The translations under genes and the position numbers were made by a program. From a virus (lineage: Duplodnaviria > Caudoviricetes): 34,794 nt of DNA. This document shows positions 8,397 through 15,434 of the stretch, piece by piece (positions within the stretch are counted from its first letter, which is position 1; each line of letters begins with the position of its first letter). The notes below the pieces were generated by a model. The model worked only from the letters and a program-made list of their open reading frames with translations. It was not told where the DNA came from and ran no database searches. Where the stretch lies: IMG/VR virus record IMGVR_UViG_3300024249_000020, positions 1 to 34,794 of that record. The stretch is one strand, 5' to 3'.

Positions 8397-8701
8397 AGAC
8401 CGTGACCGTGCGGCAGGCACTGCAGCAGGTGGCCGATTACCCGACACCGCTGGATGACGAGATGATCCAGTGGCCGGTCCATGAGCTGGTGGCGCGTACG
8501 CTCTACGAGATAGCGAACCAGCCCGATGCTGGCGTACGCGGCAGCCTGGGCAGAGCCAACAAGGCGAGGAAGATGATCCTCGACCGGCTCGTCGGCAAGC
8601 GCAGAGCAGGCAGCCACCCGGCTACCAGGAACAACGTCTCGATCGACTTCGTCGACTTGACCGGAGGTGAGATTCCTGATGGACCAAGCGACACAGAATG
8701 A
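8393..8701 (+). CDS. Terminase small subunit-like protein A, 102 aa
   Basis: GTGA overlap with the terL stop. ARTLYEIA...ARKMILDRLVGK resembles the helical oligomerisation segment of small terminases (inference). Confidence 0.55.
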   Translation: MKTVTVRQALQQVADYPTPLDDEMIQWPVHELVARTLYEIANQPDAGVRGSLGRANKARKMILDRLVGKRRAGSHPATRNNVSIDFVDLTGGEIPDGPSDTE

Positions 8702-8831
8702 CCCGCTCAAGTGGATTCTCGGATTCGTGTGGGGACTCATCGCGATCTTCGCCTTCGGCTACATGGGCTGGATCCTTTTCAATGTCGTCTTCCTAGGGAA
8801 GGGCTCATGTCTTCCGAGCTTGTGCCGGTAA
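8679..8831 (+). CDS. 50-aa membrane protein overlapping both neighbours
   Basis: Hand translation: MDQATQNDPLKWILGFVWGLIAIFAFGYMGWILFNVVFLGKGSCLPSLCR*. GGAGGTGA RBS at 8663-8670. Fills the gap between the two TerS-like genes. Confidence 0.65.
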   Translation: MDQATQNDPLKWILGFVWGLIAIFAFGYMGWILFNVVFLGKGSCLPSLCR

Positions 8832-9106
8832 CTCCGACAAGGAAATACCGCAAACAGATCCCCGACTCACATCGTCAGAGCCTCGACACCAGAATCCTCT
8901 GGCTCTGGAACCAGAGGTTCGGCACCGTTCAGATGATCTGGAAGGACAGCCCCGACGTTCTCGACAAGACCGCAGCTACCCTCTACCTTCAGGCGATACT
9001 CGCCAAGGACCTGGACTCAATCGCGCAGATCTTTCAGAGGCTCGAAGGTGGCGCTCTAACAGATGAGACCCTGCTGGAGCAGGCGGAGGCTCAGATACGG
9101 GTTTAG
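8807..9106 (+). CDS. Terminase small subunit-like protein B, 99 aa
   Basis: GGAAGG RBS, starts MSSELVPV. AATLYLQAILAKDLDSIAQIFQRLEG parallels the motif in 8393..8701. Confidence 0.5.
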   Translation: MSSELVPVTPTRKYRKQIPDSHRQSLDTRILWLWNQRFGTVQMIWKDSPDVLDKTAATLYLQAILAKDLDSIAQIFQRLEGGALTDETLLEQAEAQIRV

Positions 9107-9413
9107 AGGTGTCCAGACCCATAGCCCTGCGCCACAGAATCACGGCCTCAGGGCGCCGGCAGACCTCGCACCTACACCAGGCCCGGTGCAGCAGGATGTC
9201 CTCGTCAGAGCGCGTCTCGGGCATCACACGGGCCTCGTCCGGGAGCAGGTCCAGGGGCAGGAACCAGTCCCCGCGGATCCTGAACGCACGCGGGTCAGCC
9301 GGTTTCCGCACCGCGTACTTCCGCTTCTCGAGCGGCACCGGCTTGTATCTGGTGTAGTTCGAGTAGACGTGAGTTCCGTCTGGCTCGATCCGCATAGGCT
9401 CGCCGTACGTCAC
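8976..9413 (-). CDS. Hypothetical protein with HxxWCxCxxC motif
   Basis: GTGA overlap with the upstream gene. HRAWCRCEVCR is a possible zinc site. The 3' end overlaps the convergent + gene by 131 nt. Confidence 0.7.
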   Translation of the reverse strand: MTYGEPMRIEPDGTHVYSNYTRYKPVPLEKRKYAVRKPADPRAFRIRGDWFLPLDLLPDEARVMPETRSDEDILLHRAWCRCEVCRRPEAVILWRRAMGLDTSKPVSEPPPAPAGSHLLERHLRASERSARLSPGPWRVSPEGRG

Positions 9414-9949
9414 GGGTAAAGCGTTCCTTCGCAGTACTCCGCGTACAGCGTCAGTGTCATCGGTCGGTGCCTGCGGATATAGAACCCAGGCGGCACCCGA
9501 TATGCGTTGTTGATCTTCCGCCCGCAGATGTAGGTCATGTACGGCTTACCGAAGTAGAAGCGCAGCGCCTTGTTGATCTTCATGAGATCCGGTCCAGCAG
9601 TACCACCATCGGCCATCAGCTCGGCCACCTTTATCCCAGTGGCCCACTCGTAGATCATCACAGCCGCAATGCGATGACCAGTCGCTGGCGACAGGTTGCG
9701 CTCGAACTTGCGAACCTCGCGCTCCCACTGAACCAAGTGCGGGTTCTCCTTCACCAGGTACTTGTCCTTGGTGAATGGCATTCTTGGTCTTTCTTCATCG
9801 GGGAGAACCAATTGGTCGATTCGCTCCGCCGACTGCGCACCGTGGGCCGTTGACGGCACACGGTGCTTGTTGGCCTCCTCCTTATCGAACCTCTTCTTCA
9901 AGAGAATCTCGATCTCGGTGAGGAGGCTCTGGTCACCCAGTGACTCCAT
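9410..9949 (-). CDS. Hypothetical, possibly DNA-binding, protein of 179 aa
   Basis: Start moved to MESLGDQ (9949) because the track's extension crosses a terminator. The basic/aromatic C-terminal half has a helix-helix-beta-hairpin appearance. Confidence 0.75.
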   Translation of the reverse strand: MESLGDQSLLTEIEILLKKRFDKEEANKHRVPSTAHGAQSAERIDQLVLPDEERPRMPFTKDKYLVKENPHLVQWEREVRKFERNLSPATGHRIAAVMIYEWATGIKVAELMADGGTAGPDLMKINKALRFYFGKPYMTYICGRKINNAYRVPPGFYIRRHRPMTLTLYAEYCEGTLYP

Positions 9950-9955
9950 GCCGAG

Positions 9956-9963
9956 ATCGTACC
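9956..9963 (-). promoter_or_regulatory. Putative -10 (GG-TACGAT) for a leaderless transcript of 9410..9949
   Basis: The minus strand reads GGTACGAT-ctcggc-ATG with no SD sequence, directly after a terminator. Confidence 0.5.
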
Positions 9964-9966
9964 TAG

Positions 9967-10003
9967 AAAAAAAGAGAGCCGCAGCCCGAAGGCCACGGCT
10001 CTC
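9967..10003 (-). terminator. Intrinsic terminator ending the replication arm
   Basis: Minus strand GAGAGCCGTGGCC-TTCG-GGCTGCGGCTCTC followed by T7. Confidence 0.9.
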
Positions 10004-10005
10004 CC

Positions 10006-10230
10006 TCACAGATGATGGGCACCCGTGCCCATCGAACCCTGACACGTCAGACAGGTCACACCGACCCTGTCGTCCGTAGGCTTCAGGTCGCTCCCCCGCT
10101 GCCCGCACATCATGATGACCGGGGTCGGCGGAGCCACCCGCTCATCGGGTGTGCCCACGTACCAGCGCATTCGGCGCAGATGCACCTTCCCGCTGGCTGA
10201 CATCCAGAGCTCGCTGGTGAGCTCGCTCAC
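10006..10230 (-). CDS. Small putative zinc-binding protein, 74 aa
   Basis: GTGA overlap with the prim-pol stop. Pattern KVH...MCG...TCLTC. Confidence 0.65.
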   Translation of the reverse strand: MSELTSELWMSASGKVHLRRMRWYVGTPDERVAPPTPVIMMCGQRGSDLKPTDDRVGVTCLTCQGSMGTGAHHL

Positions 10231-11075
10231 GGCAGCCCGTACTTGTTGATGTTGGCGACCAGCTTCGTCACCTCGTCCGCCGGCAGGCCGACGTCGAGCG
10301 CCCGGTCCTGCAGCAGCTCCTCCCATCCAGGGATCTGAGCCTGCTGCATCTGGCTGCCGATCGCGAACAGGGTCTGGTTCCGCTTGCCCTGCGGCATCGG
10401 CTTCGCCAGGTCGCTCATGATCTCATCCCTCAGCATGAGAACCTCCAGTTCATCCTCGTTCGCCAAGACCTTGGTGATCCTGGCAGTGGTCGCAGCGATC
10501 TTCTGATCGCGTGCGTTCAAGATCTGGAACAGATGGTCCGGCAGCCGCGCCGGCTCCCGGTCGTTCCAGCGTTGCGTGGCGTAGTGGTAGACACACCCGG
10601 TCGCCCGGAAGTCCACCCCGGTCTCGATCCCGATTCGGTCTGACATCAGACCAAACCCGGTCACCGGATCCCACGGCTCGGTCACGAAGTAGAACAGGTG
10701 GAACCCGTCGCCCGACTTCGACGTCTCCGCCATCGTCGGCGGCAGCACCCCGAGCCGCTTCGCGTGCTCGAGACCACCGTTCTTCCCGTCGATGTCGATG
10801 CAGACCAGCTGCACCGACCTCATCACGTAGGCGTACGCCCACCTGCCCTTGCCGTACCCGTACAGCACCCGGCGCTGGTCGAACTCGCCACGCTCGTACT
10901 TCTCCATGAAGCCCGGACCCTGCTGGGACGTAAGGCCCCAGCCTGAATCGGTCCGTCCATCAGGCCACACCCTGACCAGCGCCGGCCCCTTGGGTCCGTT
11001 GTAGTTCTTGAACGCCTGGTCTCGCTGTAGCTGGTCGTAACGATCAGTCCTCCACCAGGGCAGCGACGTCGTCAT
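10227..11075 (-). CDS. Bifunctional DNA primase/polymerase (AEP prim-pol) with PriCT-like C-terminus
   Basis: CIDIDGKNG (DxD), SKSGDGFHLFY (catalytic His), VDFRA, and C-terminal GKRNQTLFAIG. Confidence 0.88.
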   Translation of the reverse strand: MTTSLPWWRTDRYDQLQRDQAFKNYNGPKGPALVRVWPDGRTDSGWGLTSQQGPGFMEKYERGEFDQRRVLYGYGKGRWAYAYVMRSVQLVCIDIDGKNGGLEHAKRLGVLPPTMAETSKSGDGFHLFYFVTEPWDPVTGFGLMSDRIGIETGVDFRATGCVYHYATQRWNDREPARLPDHLFQILNARDQKIAATTARITKVLANEDELEVLMLRDEIMSDLAKPMPQGKRNQTLFAIGSQMQQAQIPGWEELLQDRALDVGLPADEVTKLVANINKYGLP

Positions 11076-12435
11076 CAGGTTCCTCCCTCCGTTGCGATTC
11101 CATGAACGCAGCCGCCTCCTCCTTCAAACCGACCACGTACCTGACCTTGCTGATCTTCCCGTTGTCCCGCACCGACTTCCGCTCGGTCTCCAGCAGCGGC
11201 TGGAACTGCGCGAACACATCGGACTCCGACCAGTTCCCGATGTCGTTCTCGTTGTGCAGCCGCCACGTCCGGAAGCCGGAGACGACCACACCGAACTCGG
11301 ACCCGAACAGTCCGTTCACTCCGTCGGGCTCGGTGTCCTCGACGTACTTGAGGTACTGCAGACCCGAGGAGTTGACCAGCATCTGCTCCAGCTGCAGCTC
11401 GAGCGCCTTCGACGTCGGCGCCAGCTCCGCGGCCACCACGTCCTCACGGATGTAGCGGTCGATGAGCAGCGACAGCAGCGCACCGAGCATCGGCTCGGAC
11501 AGCATCCGCCGCTCGAACCTGTGATCGAGCCGGTACACGTTCGGGAACTGGAACCGGACCAGCCGCTTCTGCAGCGCAGCCGACTTGTCAGACGTCTTCG
11601 GCTCCCGGTTCAGACCCTCGAGGAACAAGGCGTTCGTCTGCACCATCGTGGACTTCGACTCGTACAGCTTCCGGATCGCCACCGGCTCACCGGCGATCAG
11701 GGACTTCTCGGTCCCCGAGTCCTTCAGGTAGACCGCCTGACCATCGAAGACGATGTTCAGCAGCTTCCCGTTCAGCTCGGTGACCACCGGGCTCTGCTCG
11801 GAGATCATCTGCCGGGTCACGGCTGAGACGTTCTCCACGCCGAACATCCGCTGCAGCATCTTCAACGCCACAGACTTCCCGTTCCGTCCCTCACCGATCA
11901 ACAGTATGTACTTCACCGCCGACCAGCCCGGCGCCAGACTGGACGCCAGGTGCTTGAGGAACGACTCCGCCTCCTCCTCGGAGTTGAGCCAGCCCGACAC
12001 CACCTCGAAGACGTACGACTTGTCGTCGGCGTCCTCGTTCAGCATCGGTGTCAGGGTGTTCGGTCGGAACTCCCCTGTCGGTACGACCAGATCACCTCGG
12101 TGATCTAGTTCTCTCAGCCCTGCCTGGGTCCTGACCAGCAGCGACGTCACCGGCTTGTCGTTGTGGTCGGCGTTCTGCGCCACCATGTAGTCGTAGTTCA
12201 CCAGCTCCGAGTTGTTCGCGAACAGGATGTCGAACTCCGCCGAGGCCAGCCGCTCCACCTGTTCCAGGTTCAACGGCAGCCACATGGTACGGTCGATGTC
12301 CGGCGGAACGGACACGTCCTTGGTCTCATAGTCAGCAGGGATGTAGGTGACGCCACGGTGGCGCACCAGCTGGTGACCCGAAGCGAGACTGAAGGCGTAG
12401 GTAGCCAACTCCTTCCGGGTCTTGAGCTCTAGCAT
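11044..12435 (-). CDS. SF3 (D5/P4-type) primase-associated helicase
   Basis: Walker A LIGEGRNGKS, ELNGKLLNI, KSLIAGEPVAIRKLY, motif C Asn, ALQKRLVRFQFPN. Start MLELKT has a GAGGAG RBS. Confidence 0.88.
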   Translation of the reverse strand: MLELKTRKELATYAFSLASGHQLVRHRGVTYIPADYETKDVSVPPDIDRTMWLPLNLEQVERLASAEFDILFANNSELVNYDYMVAQNADHNDKPVTSLLVRTQAGLRELDHRGDLVVPTGEFRPNTLTPMLNEDADDKSYVFEVVSGWLNSEEEAESFLKHLASSLAPGWSAVKYILLIGEGRNGKSVALKMLQRMFGVENVSAVTRQMISEQSPVVTELNGKLLNIVFDGQAVYLKDSGTEKSLIAGEPVAIRKLYESKSTMVQTNALFLEGLNREPKTSDKSAALQKRLVRFQFPNVYRLDHRFERRMLSEPMLGALLSLLIDRYIREDVVAAELAPTSKALELQLEQMLVNSSGLQYLKYVEDTEPDGVNGLFGSEFGVVVSGFRTWRLHNENDIGNWSESDVFAQFQPLLETERKSVRDNGKISKVRYVVGLKEEAAAFMESQRREEPDDDVAALVED

Positions 12436-12456
12436 GCGTGCTCCTCTCTGTCGGGC

Positions 12457-12494
12457 GAGGCAGGAGGCCGCTTTACGCAACGGCCTCCTGCCTC
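12457..12494. terminator. Intergenic hairpin with 14-bp stem and no U tract
   Basis: GAGGCAGGAGGCCG / CGGCCTCCTGCCTC with a 10-nt loop. Confidence 0.5.
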
Positions 12495-12500
12495 ACCACC

Positions 12501-12626
12501 TCACGACTGAAGTCCCTGAAGGAACTCGATCTTGTCCTTGATCTCCCTGACCTCGTGGTCGGGAAGATTCGGACGCTCCAGCTGGTCCAGCAGTCGTGCG
12601 ATACGACGCTCGATGGAGTCCTCCAT
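12501..12626 (-). CDS. 41-aa helical protein
   Basis: Hand translation: MEDSIERRIARLLDQLERPNLPDHEVREIKDKIEFLQGLQS*. AGGAAGGAG RBS. Not in the track. Confidence 0.75.
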   Translation of the reverse strand: MEDSIERRIARLLDQLERPNLPDHEVREIKDKIEFLQGLQS

Positions 12627-12694
12627 CTGCGTCTCCTTCCTCTCGGTGTCAGCCCAGGAGTGGGCTGACCCTCCCCGTCACCGGAGCAAGGAAG

Positions 12695-13879
12695 TCACTG
12701 CAGTACCAGGCGGTGGACGTGCTTGCCACTCGCGTCCGCGTCCGTTCCACGCGGCATGATCCGGCCGATCAGCTGACGACGCAGAGCGTCATCGTCCGTG
12801 TCATCGAGGATGACCAGCCAGTCGCACACCTTGTCCATGCCGTCGGTACCGGTGGCCAGGGTCGCTGTCCCTACCAGCACGTCGAGCACGCCATTCTTGA
12901 ACTGGTCAAGAACAGCGTTCTTCTCCTTCGCCGACGTCTTCCCTGTCACCAGCCCGGCACTCACGCCGGCTGACACCAGCGATGCGTGCATGGCCTGCGC
13001 CACAGTGGCGTGGGCACTGAAGATCAGCACCGGACGAACCGGCTCGATGGTGTCGAGTAGATCGAGAACGTGCTGATGGATCAGACCATCCTCCGCCACC
13101 AGGGACTGGAACGCCAGGGTGTGTCGCTCCTCGATCGCACTGGCGATGATCCGGTGCCGACGCCGGTTGTACCCGTACTTCGTGAACTCGTCCGGAGGCG
13201 TGGTGACCAGCATGTGATCCTCGATCTGGTAGACCAGATCGTCCTCCAGATACTCCACCAGCGGCAGCGACGACAGGTACTCCGCCGCATCCTTGTGGTG
13301 CAGGAACCCGAGCACGTTCGGGGTCTGCCCGTACGGGTTGGCCTCGAGCTCACAGTTCTTGAACAGGAACTCGAGGAACCCACCCCGGCACGAGTCCGGG
13401 TCCAGCACATGCTGGATGCAGTAACACCGCTCCGCGTCGTTGTAGTTCGGCGTCGCAGACGCCAGCACCAACGGCGCCTCCAGGTACTGGGCCATCTTGT
13501 CCAGCTTGGCCCAGCCCTTACCCTTCTGACCGCCGAACAGATGCATCTCGTCGGCGATCACAGCCTTCGTCCGTGACAGGCGCACAGTCTTCGCACGGAA
13601 CTTCGCGTGCGACATGCACTCCACCACGACCTTCAGCTTGAAGCCGAGCAGCATCCACTGGTTGTGGGTAGCCGGCGGCGCGATCACCACCACTTCGTTG
13701 TGACCCCACCGCTTCACCGCGGCCAACGCGGTCAGCGACTTCCCGGCGCCCGTCTTGTAGTACAGGCACAGCCGGGGCGCCGGTCCCGTCTGCTGCCCAG
13801 CGTTGATGAGCGCCTCGATCTGGTAGTCGAAGAACCTCAACCCGATCCGGGACGCGATCACGTCCAGTGTCTCGGTCAT
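12695..13879 (-). CDS. Superfamily 2 DNA helicase
   Basis: YQ motif, YKTGAGKS, IADEMH, ASATP, TGTDGMD, QLIGRIMPR. Start MTETLD. Confidence 0.9.
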   Translation of the reverse strand: MTETLDVIASRIGLRFFDYQIEALINAGQQTGPAPRLCLYYKTGAGKSLTALAAVKRWGHNEVVVIAPPATHNQWMLLGFKLKVVVECMSHAKFRAKTVRLSRTKAVIADEMHLFGGQKGKGWAKLDKMAQYLEAPLVLASATPNYNDAERCYCIQHVLDPDSCRGGFLEFLFKNCELEANPYGQTPNVLGFLHHKDAAEYLSSLPLVEYLEDDLVYQIEDHMLVTTPPDEFTKYGYNRRRHRIIASAIEERHTLAFQSLVAEDGLIHQHVLDLLDTIEPVRPVLIFSAHATVAQAMHASLVSAGVSAGLVTGKTSAKEKNAVLDQFKNGVLDVLVGTATLATGTDGMDKVCDWLVILDDTDDDALRRQLIGRIMPRGTDADASGKHVHRLVLQ

Positions 13880-13880
13880 C

Positions 13881-14171
13881 TCACTCTCTCTCCGCACACC
13901 AGGGGCATGCACCATAGGTGAACATCACCGGCTTGCCATGCAGCTCGCGGGTCACCTGACCCACCAGCAGTCTCGTCGGGCAGTACCTCCCGCAGTTGTC
14001 GCACGAGAAGTCCCAGTGCTTCATCTCAGCATCGGATGCGCCCTCTCGTGGCTCCGTCAACGGAGTCACGATGACCTCGTGGTCGATGAACTGCACGGCC
14101 TCACCGATGGTCTCGACCATCAGCGCAAGGCGCTGGTCCACGGCTGCAGTCAGCCACGCCGGCTCACTCAT
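13881..14171 (-). CDS. Zinc-ribbon protein, 96 aa
   Basis: CDNC...CPWC, tightly packed between neighbours. Confidence 0.75.
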   Translation of the reverse strand: MSEPAWLTAAVDQRLALMVETIGEAVQFIDHEVIVTPLTEPREGASDAEMKHWDFSCDNCGRYCPTRLLVGQVTRELHGKPVMFTYGACPWCAERE

Positions 14172-14361
14172 GGAAGCCAAGTTTCCGCAGCCGCTTCATC
14201 GTCAGGTGCATACCGGTGTGGTTCGGGCTGAACGCCATGATGACGAACCCGTCACGCTCCGGGTGGAACACCTTCCAGTGTCCCGACCCGGTGCGCACCA
14301 CCTCGAAGCCCTGCTTCTCCAGCCGCTTCTTCAGCTTCATCACATCGCTACGCCCGCTCAT
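14164..14361 (-). CDS. HicA-like (dsRBD-fold) RNase/toxin
   Basis: 65 aa, basic. KRLEKQGFEVVRTGSGHWKVFHP matches the HicA L...GF...R..GSH pattern. Confidence 0.75.
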   Translation of the reverse strand: MSGRSDVMKLKKRLEKQGFEVVRTGSGHWKVFHPERDGFVIMAFSPNHTGMHLTMKRLRKLGFHE

Positions 14362-14521
14362 CGGCCTCGACCTCCTCGTCCTCCTGCTCCGCGTCGAACG
14401 CAGTCAGCACACCCTTGATGGCACGACGCAGGTCGGCGGTCATCAGATGCTGACCGCCGGCCACGTTCTGCTTCTCGAACGCAGCCCGCATCTCCTCGAG
14501 GTAGTACTCCAGCGCGGTCAT
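14348..14521 (-). CDS. Hypothetical protein, 57 aa
   Basis: ATGA overlap. MTALEYYLEEMRAAF... with an acidic tail. Confidence 0.7.
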   Translation of the reverse strand: MTALEYYLEEMRAAFEKQNVAGGQHLMTADLRRAIKGVLTAFDAEQEDEEVEADERA

Positions 14522-14844
14522 CGCTTCAACTCCAGGTACTCCGACACGCTCCGGGCATGGACCATGTCCTCGCCCACGATCTCCCGGAAGATCGCGAGGT
14601 AACCCTCGATGTCGTCGCTGTTGTCGCTGTAGGTGGGGCACACCTGCGTCCGCAGGATCTTGTAGCCCATCAGCATCAGCGGCACGTCACACGCGTTGAT
14701 CTCGTGGCCGGTGATACCGGACCAGATCTGTGCCACTCGCGCGAACGTCTCGGTCGGTTGACCGTAGACGCTGCGCCTACCCTCGATCACCTCATCGAGG
14801 ATGCTCTCCGTGTTCGCCTCTTGACGAGGCTCGATCATCGTCAT
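14518..14844 (-). CDS. DUF6378-like phage protein
   Basis: YGQP..TF.RVAQIWS...VPLMLMGYKILR...DNSDDIEGY pattern. Family name recalled, not searched. AAGGGA RBS. Confidence 0.75.
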   Translation of the reverse strand: MTMIEPRQEANTESILDEVIEGRRSVYGQPTETFARVAQIWSGITGHEINACDVPLMLMGYKILRTQVCPTYSDNSDDIEGYLAIFREIVGEDMVHARSVSEYLELKR

Positions 14845-14878
14845 GCCTGTTCCCTTCTGGTGGATTGCGAAATTTTTT

Positions 14879-15358
14879 CTACGTGATCTGCCACGTCCTG
14901 CCGTCGAGATGGTCACGGACCACGCTCGCCACCAGGGCGTTCATGCCGTCATCCTTGAGCATCCCGTAGATGGCGATGCGCGCAGCAGCACGCAGATCCT
15001 GGTGGTGCGTGGGGGTGGCGAAACGCCACACACCCAGCAGCTCCATGAGCGGGCGACGCACCATCTGCTTCGCGCCCATGTTCTGCACCACGGTGGCCCG
15101 AGTCACCTTGGCCATCTCAGCCACGGTCGCCACCATCTTGTTGTCACCGTAGAAGTTCGACCTCGAGCGGTAGCCCTCGATGAACTTCACTGGCCTCACC
15201 CCGTTCAACGGGATCGCTGCCAGCACGGCCCGAGCATCGGGCCCGTCGATGACCCGGTCACTGATGACCAGCTCACGACAGTCCGCCTTGAACAGCATGC
15301 TCACCAGCCCGGTGTGAACCAGACCTGGATCTATCCCGATCACATGTGTCACACTCAT
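14879..15358 (-). CDS. RuvC-like Holliday junction resolvase
   Basis: N-terminal VIGIDPG, FIEGY, and C-terminal HQDLRAA acidic residues in RNase H-fold order. Confidence 0.82.
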   Translation of the reverse strand: MSVTHVIGIDPGLVHTGLVSMLFKADCRELVISDRVIDGPDARAVLAAIPLNGVRPVKFIEGYRSRSNFYGDNKMVATVAEMAKVTRATVVQNMGAKQMVRRPLMELLGVWRFATPTHHQDLRAAARIAIYGMLKDDGMNALVASVVRDHLDGRTWQIT

Positions 15359-15434
15359 GTTGCTTGTTCCTTTCTCCCAAGAGGGCCGAGCCCGGTGTCA
15401 CTCCGTTCCACCGGGCCACGGTCCTCTTGGTGTC

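Noticed and set aside
6801-8447. 548-aa minus-strand ORF and other long antisense or alternate-frame ORFs (e.g. 16359..17558, 19400..20467, 20166..21173)
   Set aside because: Shadow ORFs opposite well-supported genes, as expected in high-GC DNA.
9950-10108. N-terminal extension of the 232-aa track ORF
   Set aside because: It runs through an intrinsic terminator and overlaps another gene. The start at 9949 has leaderless promoter geometry.
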